The position numbers and the translations under genes are program-made. Source: Terriglobia bacterium (GTDB taxonomy: Bacteria > Acidobacteriota > Terriglobia > UBA7540). From it: a stretch of 24,000 nucleotides of DNA. Location: positions 1 through 24,000 of the forward strand of contig JBEKCQ010000055.1 of the NCBI GenBank assembly GCA_050014795.1. Direction: 5' to 3'. The notes below the pieces were generated by a model, which saw only the letters and a list, made by a program, of their open reading frames with translations, was not told the origin of the DNA and did no database searches. How positions within the stretch are numbered: position 1 is the first letter of the stretch; the number at the start of each line of letters is the position of its first letter. This document shows, piece by piece, positions 9,266 to 16,630 of this stretch.

Positions 9266-10357
9266 ATGGCAATCGTTGCGCTTGACCTTTTTTGCGGTTG
9301 CGGTGGGGTGACCTACGGACTTGCAAGAGCTGGAATCAAGGTCGCCTTGGGTATAGACATCGACGAGCGCTGCAGGTTTACCTTCAGACTGAACAACCCT
9401 GGGACAAACTTCCTTGTGGCTGACATCCGCGATGTTTCGGCACAGACATTACTGAAACACGTCCCCCATCTTACCGAAAGTGACTTCTTGCTGATCGCAG
9501 CATGCGCTCCTTGCCAGCCTTTCTCCTCTCAAAACAGGTCCAAGAACAAGACGTCAGGTCGTGCGATCCTGAACGAAGTAGAAAGAATAGTGCGAGAGTT
9601 GCGTCCCGAGTTCTTGTTTCTTGAAAATGTAACAGGAATACAAAAGGTTCCCGGCTTCAGTGCATTTCATCGCCTGTTGCGAGCTTTACATAACCTCAAG
9701 TACAAAGTGGAGTTTCGCAGTATTGACGCACTCTGGTATGGAATCCCGCAGAGGCGAAAGCGCCTGGTCCTCCTGGCCTCTGTTTACGGAAAGATTCCTT
9801 GGCCTGAGCAGACTCACGGTTTTGGTCCTGGGCTGCAAACGCCGGTCACGGTTCGTGAAGCGATAGCGCACTACCCGCCTTTGCAGGCGGGTGAGGCACA
9901 TCCAACAGTGCCTAACCATATCGCAGCCCGTTTGAGCCCACGCAATCTGGAGAGGATTCGCGCCACGGCTTGTGACGGCGGTAGCCGTAGCGAGTGGCCT
10001 AGACGCTTAGCTTTGTCCTGTCACGATACGCACGATGGTCACGAAGACGTGTACGGGCGGCTCCGCTGGGATGCTCTCGCGCCAACCCTCACAACCAAAT
10101 GCACAAGCATTTCCAATGGAAGATTCGGTCATCCAGACCAAGATCGCGCAATTTCTGCGCGGGAGGCTGCAGCTTTGCAGGGTTTCGACGATCGATTCGT
10201 TTTTTATGGGGGACTGCGTCAGATATCCGTTCAGATAGGAAATTCCGTTCCACCTGTTCTCGCCGAAAGATTCGGGAATGCATTCAAAGCCGAGGCTGAG
10301 GCGCTGAACGCGAACAAGAAGAGAATGAAATGGGCCTTACTCCTGGCTGGCCGATGA
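9266..10357 (+). CDS. dcm: DNA (cytosine-5)-methyltransferase
   Basis: Motif I DLFCGCGG, motif IV APCQPFS (catalytic Cys), motif VI ENV, motif VIII QRRKRL, motif X GNSVPP. The ATG lies 2 nt after the vsr stop. Confidence 0.9.
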   Translation: MAIVALDLFCGCGGVTYGLARAGIKVALGIDIDERCRFTFRLNNPGTNFLVADIRDVSAQTLLKHVPHLTESDFLLIAACAPCQPFSSQNRSKNKTSGRAILNEVERIVRELRPEFLFLENVTGIQKVPGFSAFHRLLRALHNLKYKVEFRSIDALWYGIPQRRKRLVLLASVYGKIPWPEQTHGFGPGLQTPVTVREAIAHYPPLQAGEAHPTVPNHIAARLSPRNLERIRATACDGGSRSEWPRRLALSCHDTHDGHEDVYGRLRWDALAPTLTTKCTSISNGRFGHPDQDRAISAREAAALQGFDDRFVFYGGLRQISVQIGNSVPPVLAERFGNAFKAEAEALNANKKRMKWALLLAGR

Positions 10358-10380
10358 GTTGACTAGGCAGATGAGGATAC

Positions 10381-12171
10381 CTACAAAAGGTACTGGCCTA
10401 GGTGTTCCAGAGCGTTATCGTGAACAGCCTTGATGACTTCATTTATTTTGTTTTCTACTGAATCAAAGGTCAGAGCCATCCCCTTCTTCTCCATAGCATG
10501 TAAGGCTTCCATAATTATAATGTCAACAAATCGCTGAAAGTGATACTCGCGCCATCTGGGCGATTCGGCTCCGTGCTGCCTATAGATTGCTGCAGCAAGT
10601 GGTCTGGAAGTGTTGATCCAATAGATTCCTGCGCCAACGTCTTGTGGCCGCTGGTAAACCGGGTTATGACGCGAACTCAGATCGACAGTTTGGGTGATTC
10701 CGAGAGGGTCGGGACTGTAGCTTGAAAGAAGGACTACGGGATGCCGCGTTCCTTTCTTTGGCTGGTCGCCCGCCCCTCCGCCTTTTGCGGCACCTTCACC
10801 ACCAGTGCCCCCTTTCGTTCTTGAGGAAGGACTTGTTCCACCCCCCGATCCGTCGATGCCCGTTCCCCCCGAACCAGATCCGGGTTCGGGCCCACCGAGC
10901 ACTTGAGTTAAGAGTCTATCCATAAACTGATTCTTCCAAGTGTTCAGGATTTTGTTAAATTCGTCTGTCAGCCTCAGGTTCTGAAGCGTCCGCTCTTTTG
11001 CTTCTTCCTTTTCAATCTTCTTCCCGACCTCATCAACTTGCTCTGCGATCCACCTTAAAAGCGCCCGCGTTCTGCGGTTATCTATCAGTTTTTCTCGGTC
11101 GTTCTTGACAGAATCTTCTTTTGGATCCTCAAGAATAGGGCAGAAGCATTCACCAAAAATGAACTCAGCCTGCGCGTACTGTTTGATATGCACGAGTTCT
11201 TGGATTCTATACGAGGCAATGACACCGATCTCCCCGAGGATGTCAATGCAGTTCAGTTCTGAAACGCGACTATTCCGCCCGAAAGGCTCCTTTGCAACCA
11301 TTAAGGAAAGATCGCCGGCATGGAACTTCTTGCTTGCGAACTCGATTTCCTCAACGTCCCCGTCTTCTTCGTACGGAAGGACCCGCGGAATCGGGATAGC
11401 CGGGAGGCTTTCAAATCCGGGACGGAGCTCGATTTGCTCACCCACGAGACGCTCCCAAACGAGCTCCCCGTTGTGCAACACTCTTATCGGTTTCCGTTGG
11501 ACGATCTTCCGAGCCTGCGGGTGCAACTTCATTTTCTCACAGAGTCGCGAAACCCGAATTGGACTCCGGACGCCGTCTGGCCGAATTCCACGGACGACCG
11601 TGAAACCAGTTCCTCCCGTCAAGATGCTATCTTTTGTCCTTTCTGGGAGGTCGAGCTCTCCTATCTCCGCCAGCGTCAGCGCTTCTCTTGGTGCGCAGGA
11701 CCTGTTTTGGAGCCCACGGGCGAATCCGTACCTCCTGTTCTCACTAAACCCAAACACATTCAGCATCCCGCCGCGATACGTAATGAAATAGGAGCGTTCA
11801 AACATTTGGCGCATATAGAACTTGCCACCGTTGCCGTGCCCGCCGTAGGTTCGTTTCTTGAGGCCGCGCGAAGCAGCCTTCGGGTCCCCCCAACGTTTCA
11901 AAGCCTTGTCTATATCGTCTGCAGTCATCCCGCAAAAGTCGATACACTCGAAGCTTGCAGGCTCAGTGTGTCCGGCATCCGTGAAGTTCAGCACAATGTG
12001 CTGTTGGTCATCGGGGATCGCCGGTTCCTCCCGGATGTAGGCATCGACCGAGTTCTTTATCCACTCGGGTAGGCCTTTTTCGTGGTTGAACTTGAACTCA
12101 TTTCCGATGATATCCAGAAGGTGATCGTCGATCACATTAGGCTGTTCGATTATGGAGACTTTAAGTGCCAC
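10381..12171 (-). CDS. GHKL (HATPase_c_3 / MORC-like) ATPase with Gly-rich linker and uncharacterised C-terminal domain
   Basis: Bergerat-fold motifs: N-box EWIKNSVDA, G1-like IDFCGMT, G2 YGGHGNGGKFY. A roughly 50-aa Gly/Ser/Thr linker (GGPEPGSGSGGTGIDGSGGGTSPSS...GGGAGD) precedes a roughly 115-aa C-terminal domain. The GTG start follows GAGGAGGAAA and overlaps the upstream gene by 11 nt. Confidence 0.75.
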   Translation of the reverse strand: MALKVSIIEQPNVIDDHLLDIIGNEFKFNHEKGLPEWIKNSVDAYIREEPAIPDDQQHIVLNFTDAGHTEPASFECIDFCGMTADDIDKALKRWGDPKAASRGLKKRTYGGHGNGGKFYMRQMFERSYFITYRGGMLNVFGFSENRRYGFARGLQNRSCAPREALTLAEIGELDLPERTKDSILTGGTGFTVVRGIRPDGVRSPIRVSRLCEKMKLHPQARKIVQRKPIRVLHNGELVWERLVGEQIELRPGFESLPAIPIPRVLPYEEDGDVEEIEFASKKFHAGDLSLMVAKEPFGRNSRVSELNCIDILGEIGVIASYRIQELVHIKQYAQAEFIFGECFCPILEDPKEDSVKNDREKLIDNRRTRALLRWIAEQVDEVGKKIEKEEAKERTLQNLRLTDEFNKILNTWKNQFMDRLLTQVLGGPEPGSGSGGTGIDGSGGGTSPSSRTKGGTGGEGAAKGGGAGDQPKKGTRHPVVLLSSYSPDPLGITQTVDLSSRHNPVYQRPQDVGAGIYWINTSRPLAAAIYRQHGAESPRWREYHFQRFVDIIIMEALHAMEKKGMALTFDSVENKINEVIKAVHDNALEHLGQYLL

Positions 12172-12811
12172 GAGTTTCCTCCTCGTTGCCCGATCTTGCA
12201 GATGACGTCTTCAGCCTAATCATATCTGCAAACCTCTCCACCATAAACTGATGAAACCGAGCAACAGCGACTAAGGAAAGGTCATCGGGGTTCGCATCCG
12301 ATATCTCATCCAGTGCGGATTTCACTGTTTCCAAACGCCCAATGAAATCGTTCCTCGTGGTGCGAACGCTAACACCCAGGTACTCGAACAAGTCTGAATC
12401 AATGATCTCGTCTTGCTTATTCGCGAGAAACAATTTGAAGCCCTCGAGGTGCTTTATCCTTTCTAGTTCTATCTGGGCGCCGCGTTCGATTCGGTGGCCC
12501 AGACGGGCCGAAGGGGGGCGACCCCCCTCAATAGCCTGAAGTCTTTGTACTTCTGCTAAACCGTGGGATGTCAGGGAGAACATCTTGTTCGAGGCCGAAA
12601 CCATCCCCTTTTTTCGATAATCGTAAAGGGGCTTGTGAACAATATCTCCTGAGTCTGGAAACTCAGGATGTCCTTTCAAGTGGAAGTCGCTAGCGTAGTC
12701 CCTGAACGCTTGTACGACTATATCCTCGTATCGAACCTTCCGGCGCCCCCCGTCAGAAAGGCGGTACAGACTGAGCAAAACCTTTTGCGCCATCGACAAC
12801 TGAGAGCTCAC
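12161..12811 (-). CDS. hypothetical protein (216 aa), possible N-terminal winged-helix; operon partner of the GHKL ATPase
   Basis: GTG start with an upstream GGAGGAGG/GGAAG. The N-terminus MAQKVLLSLYRLSDGGRRKVRYEDIVVQAF looks wHTH-like. There is no catalytic motif I can name. The 11-nt overlap with the GHKL gene implies co-translation. Confidence 0.6.
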   Translation of the reverse strand: MSSQLSMAQKVLLSLYRLSDGGRRKVRYEDIVVQAFRDYASDFHLKGHPEFPDSGDIVHKPLYDYRKKGMVSASNKMFSLTSHGLAEVQRLQAIEGGRPPSARLGHRIERGAQIELERIKHLEGFKLFLANKQDEIIDSDLFEYLGVSVRTTRNDFIGRLETVKSALDEISDANPDDLSLVAVARFHQFMVERFADMIRLKTSSARSGNEEETRGT

Positions 12812-12972
12812 GGCCGTTCTTCCGCCTCCTCCGACTCTGAGATATGTCCTCTTGTGCGCGAAACCAATCTTAACATATGCTCATGTCGCTGGAGAGGAAA
12901 GGCGCAGCCTCGATAGCAGCTCTCTTCCCCCCGTTTTCAAGCACGAAGAGCCTGATTGCGAAGGGCATTTGT

Positions 12973-14628
12973 ATGAATGATATTCCGGACCTTCCGGCGC
13001 ACTTGTCCCAGCGGCTAATCGGGGAACTCGACCTTTCCACACGGGCTTATAACGCTCTGAGCAAACACGGCGTGCGCACAATCAGCGATCTTGTCAAATT
13101 AAGCGACGAGGAAATGCTGCGCCTACCCTGGTTTGGTACGAAATGCCTGAATGAGGTGCACCAACTAACTCAGTCGCTCCTGCTGAGCTCAGCAAGGGAT
13201 CATGCAACTCCCAAGGAAGGCTTTGACCTTGCCGAATTAGCGCAATCGCATCCGAAAGACGCGTCCACATCCCTGCCGACGGATTATAGTCTGAGTGAGT
13301 GGGCGGTCCCAACACCGGCCAAGGGAGACTTGGATACGCCGATTGAACGCCTGCATTTGTCGCCTCGGGCGGCGAAAGTGCTTGGCTACCTTGGGATCAA
13401 GACGATTCGACAATTGCTTCGTTGCCCCAAGAATGCACTGCGCAAACAACCGAACTTTGGGCGTGTAAGCTTGTATGAGTTGGAGCGCAAAGTCTTCGAC
13501 AGCCTTGAGGGAAGTCACCAGCACGACTTCTCTCTAGGGACCAAGGCATTCACGGCAAGACTGCTTGCCTGCCTCCCCGAGCGCCAACAGAGGGTGATCG
13601 CAGATAGATACGGGCTGTGGGACGGTATTGCGGAGACACTGCAGGACATCGGAGACAAGTTGGGTCTGACGCGTGAGCGTATACGTCAAATAGAAGATAA
13701 GAGCCTTCGTCGAATTCGTGGTCGATTTGGTCTCCACATTGTAGTCGCATTTCTGCGCGCGACGTTCAGCGAGGCGCTCTCCCATCGACTTAGCGGGTGC
13801 GCTGGAATCCTAAGCGAAGACGAAGCCATGCAGGGCATGGCGAATGATTGCACCCTCGAAGAGGCGGCGCTGGCAGTTGCCTTTATGCGGGACATATGCC
13901 CGACCGAGGATGACATATTCGGGCTCTGTCTACGCAAAGTGGGGGACGGCGTCTATTGCGTAGAGCCAGAAACGGCCGAACGCTATGAGAAGGTACTCGG
14001 ATTGATCGAGAGCGGACTCGAAGGGCGTGGGGGGCCAGTAGCGGAAGGGAAACTCTGTGACGAAGTGCTGGAACGAACAAGGGCCTCTGAGCATCTTGAC
14101 TGGAGGCCGCTTATCCAGCGAGTTCTCGCCGTCTCGCCCTCTTTAACTCGCCTACGAAATGGAACTGTATGTCTCTCTGGGTGGACTGAGGTTCGCGGTC
14201 GCGATTACCCCAGTCTGGCAGTAACAGCGCTCGTCGCCCTGGGCCGTCCCGCTCACTACAAGGAGATTTGGGAGAAGGCCATGGCGCTCTATCCGCGACT
14301 AGGTGAGCTTAGTATACATGCGATTCATAACCGCCTGACTTCCAGATCGGACAAGTTCGTGTGGGTCGGGAAAGGAACTTATGGACTGAAAGCATGGGGA
14401 CTCAAAAGACCTCCGTATATAAAGGACAAACTAACGGAGCTGCTTTCGGAGGCCAAGTACCCGCTCCCTTATTGGCATCTCAAGGTCAAGGTGCTGGAGG
14501 TGTGCAACTGTAAGGAGGAATCGGTGCGCATGACGTTGGACCTGAATCCCCGCATTTTCAGGAAATTCGCAGACGACCAATATGGTCTTCGCGAGCACTA
14601 CGAGCGAAGGACCCATCGCCAAGGCTAG
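12973..14628 (+). CDS. multi-HTH protein: 2x RNA polymerase alpha-CTD-like (HhH) + sigma-70 region 4 + C-terminal HARE-HTH-like domain
   Basis: Module 1 LDLSTRAYNALSKHGVRTISDLVKLSDEEMLRLPWFGTKCLNEV and module 2 LHLSPRAAKVLGYLGIKTIRQLLRCPKNALRKQPNFGRVSLYEL resemble RpoA-CTD. LPERQQRVIADRYGLWDGIAETLQDIGDKLGLTRERIRQIEDKSLRRIR is a textbook sigma-70 region 4. The C-terminal ALGRPAHYKEIWEKAMALYPRLGELSIHAIHNRLTSRSDKFVWVGKGTYGLKAWG resembles HARE-HTH / RpoE-delta N-domain. The start is ATG 12973 (MNDIPD); the track alternative is 12877. Confidence 0.7.
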   Translation: MNDIPDLPAHLSQRLIGELDLSTRAYNALSKHGVRTISDLVKLSDEEMLRLPWFGTKCLNEVHQLTQSLLLSSARDHATPKEGFDLAELAQSHPKDASTSLPTDYSLSEWAVPTPAKGDLDTPIERLHLSPRAAKVLGYLGIKTIRQLLRCPKNALRKQPNFGRVSLYELERKVFDSLEGSHQHDFSLGTKAFTARLLACLPERQQRVIADRYGLWDGIAETLQDIGDKLGLTRERIRQIEDKSLRRIRGRFGLHIVVAFLRATFSEALSHRLSGCAGILSEDEAMQGMANDCTLEEAALAVAFMRDICPTEDDIFGLCLRKVGDGVYCVEPETAERYEKVLGLIESGLEGRGGPVAEGKLCDEVLERTRASEHLDWRPLIQRVLAVSPSLTRLRNGTVCLSGWTEVRGRDYPSLAVTALVALGRPAHYKEIWEKAMALYPRLGELSIHAIHNRLTSRSDKFVWVGKGTYGLKAWGLKRPPYIKDKLTELLSEAKYPLPYWHLKVKVLEVCNCKEESVRMTLDLNPRIFRKFADDQYGLREHYERRTHRQG

Positions 14629-14813
14629 GCTCGTCTGTTTCTGCAAGCGCACAATCGCATTGAGGGTATGACCTGCAATCGAGCTCATATTCAAGCACTC
14701 ACGCGCAGGGTTCGCCTCGCGCCCCTCCCTGCTGAGCAAAAGCTTGAAGTACCGCAATGATAGACGTAATCTTACGGAAACTCGCGACCCAGATAGCTGC
14801 AAAGGAGAGGAGG

Positions 14814-15611
14814 ATGGGCCACCAAATGCTACTTAATCGTGACGAAATCATGAGCAATGAGGTCATCCGGAATGGCGCCGAGAGTGCCTATCGCGCTGCA
14901 AGCTACGACCTGCGAGTCGGAAGAATCCTCACAACCTCTGGGGAGGAAAAGACGACCTTCATAATTCCGCCTCAAGGCATGGTTGACGTAATCTCACAGG
15001 AGAGGGTCATTTTGAAAGGGAGCATCGCCGGGTATGCTACGGTGAAAACGAGCTTGTGCCGGAATGGCATCCTCGCGATAAACATCGGGATTATTGACCC
15101 CGGTTATGAAGGGCTCATCTCCAGCACCCTCATAAACTTCAGCAAATGCCCATTCGCTCTCAGAGCCGGCGACCCTTTCCTTCGACTCACATTCCATCAG
15201 TACACTGCGCCCCGAACCCTTCCGGCTGCTCCATCCAAGGGGGATGAGGAATACGTTCAAGAACGAAAGAAGATGGTGCAAGAACGATTCTCTGCCACGT
15301 TTCTGGATGTCCCTCAGACGATTGAAAACTTGACCCCACCCTTAATCAAAAGGGTTCTAGATGATTGGAAGAGTGCTCTTTACAAGTGGGCACCGCTTTT
15401 TGCCTTCGTTATTGCTCTGCTCGCCTTTCTTGTGAACGTTGGTGCCACTCGCTTCGGGCAGCCCAAGGTGTCGAAGGAGCAATTAAAGGCAGAGGTGGTT
15501 GCCGAAATTCGCGATGAGAACCACAGGATTTTTGAAGAACGCCTGCAGCAAGTGGAGCGGCAGACTCAGCAATTACTTACTGAGAGGGAGCATCAGAAAA
15601 AGGTACAGTGA
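14814..15611 (+). CDS. dCTP deaminase/dUTPase-fold (Dcd-like) protein with C-terminal TM helix and coiled coil
   Basis: ASYDLRVG, VKTSLCRNG and IGIIDPGYEG...ALRAGDPFLRLTF align without effort to E. coli Dcd blocks (ATVDVRLG, GRSSLARLG, RIDPGWSG...ALRPGMLIGALSF). A hydrophobic helix WAPLFAFVIALLAFLVNVGA (nt 15387-15446) is followed by a charged heptad-like tail. The ATG 14814 is preceded by AAGGAGAGGAGG. Confidence 0.75.
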   Translation: MGHQMLLNRDEIMSNEVIRNGAESAYRAASYDLRVGRILTTSGEEKTTFIIPPQGMVDVISQERVILKGSIAGYATVKTSLCRNGILAINIGIIDPGYEGLISSTLINFSKCPFALRAGDPFLRLTFHQYTAPRTLPAAPSKGDEEYVQERKKMVQERFSATFLDVPQTIENLTPPLIKRVLDDWKSALYKWAPLFAFVIALLAFLVNVGATRFGQPKVSKEQLKAEVVAEIRDENHRIFEERLQQVERQTQQLLTEREHQKKVQ

Positions 15612-15637
15612 TAGAATAGTACGGAAAGGAAGTGTAG

Positions 15638-16630
15638 GTGGACAGCTTCGATTCCGTCGACGAGATTCAAAAGTGGGTTCTGGAATCATTGCTGGCACGG
15701 GGTGGCTCAACTCGGCCACGTGGTTCGGCCACACTTGAACTATTCCCAGTCTCGTTCATGCTTCGACATCCACGAATGAGATGTGTTACGAACCCGGCGA
15801 GACGATGGATTTTGCCATTGGCCCTGGGGGAATTTTGCTGGCACCTCTCCGGCTCAAATGATGTTCACTTCATCGAATATTACTCCAAACGCTGGAGAGA
15901 ATTCGCAGAGAGCGGTTCCTCGACCATCTGTGGCAGCTCTTATGGTCATAAGATATTTTCCCGAAGCGCCGGTGAACCCAGTCAATGGGACCGGCTTGTC
16001 GAGCTACTGCGAGTCGACCAACAATCGAGGCGTGCAGTGCTTGGTCTCTTCGACCCGGCTCGTGGCCTCAATCAAGATGAGAGAGATGTTGCCTGCGCCT
16101 GCTCCTTGCAGCTCATGATTCGGTCTGGTCGGCTCTTAGCCTTTGTCTACATGCGGAGCAATGATGCCATCTGGGGTCTGCCTTACGACATTTTCTTTTT
16201 CACTATGCTCCAGGAGTTGCTTGCCTGCGAGCTTGGCTTAGAACTTGGCTATTATTATCACTTCGCGGCTTCGCTTCACCTCTACGAACGTCACTTTGAA
16301 CTTGCCCACCGAATCGTTGAGACCGAGCCAGGTTCGCACTTTGAAATGCCACCGATGAGTGTGCACAAACAGGTTGACGATTTTCTGCGATTGGAGGCCG
16401 TACTCAGGTCCAGGCACGAGCTGTTACCCCGGCAGGTCGGAACGCTACATCCCTACTGGCGTGATTTGCTGGCCGTACTCGAGTGGTATAGTCAGGCAAA
16501 GGGTGCCGGGGGTTATCAAGCGGTGGCTGAGAAGGTTCCTACACCGTCCCCATATGGTCTGCTGTTGAGAAATATGTTGCCCAAAGCAGAGGCGGGAACG
16601 CGTGCCTATGCGGCGGATTATTCAGATTGA
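15638..16630 (+). CDS. thymidylate synthase (ThyA) family enzyme, predicted deoxycytidylate-specific (hydroxymethylase or methylase type)
   Basis: Gap-free block YMRSNDAIWGLPYDIFFFTMLQELLACELGLELGYYYHFAASLHLYERH against E. coli ThyA [50 protein letters not shown]. Also a catalytic Cys block VACACSLQLMI, SRRAV (phosphate-binding Arg pair) and LGEFCWHL (Glu). The GTG start follows GGAAAGGAAG. There is a roughly 90-aa C-terminal extension. Confidence 0.8.
   Translation: MDSFDSVDEIQKWVLESLLARGGSTRPRGSATLELFPVSFMLRHPRMRCVTNPARRWILPLALGEFCWHLSGSNDVHFIEYYSKRWREFAESGSSTICGSSYGHKIFSRSAGEPSQWDRLVELLRVDQQSRRAVLGLFDPARGLNQDERDVACACSLQLMIRSGRLLAFVYMRSNDAIWGLPYDIFFFTMLQELLACELGLELGYYYHFAASLHLYERHFELAHRIVETEPGSHFEMPPMSVHKQVDDFLRLEAVLRSRHELLPRQVGTLHPYWRDLLAVLEWYSQAKGAGGYQAVAEKVPTPSPYGLLLRNMLPKAEAGTRAYAADYSD

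Noticed and set aside
11105-12072. 228-aa and 250-aa plus-strand ORFs inside the GHKL ATPase gene.
   Set aside because: Both are antisense to a CDS with clear Bergerat-fold motifs. Their translations are Ser/Pro/Arg-rich with no motif or RBS.
14757-14813. Upstream start (track 14757) for the Dcd-like gene, and 12877 for the sigma/HARE-HTH gene.
   Set aside because: The internal ATGs have much better RBS context (AAGGAGAGGAGG before 14814) or match where homologous N-termini begin. The longer forms cannot be excluded.
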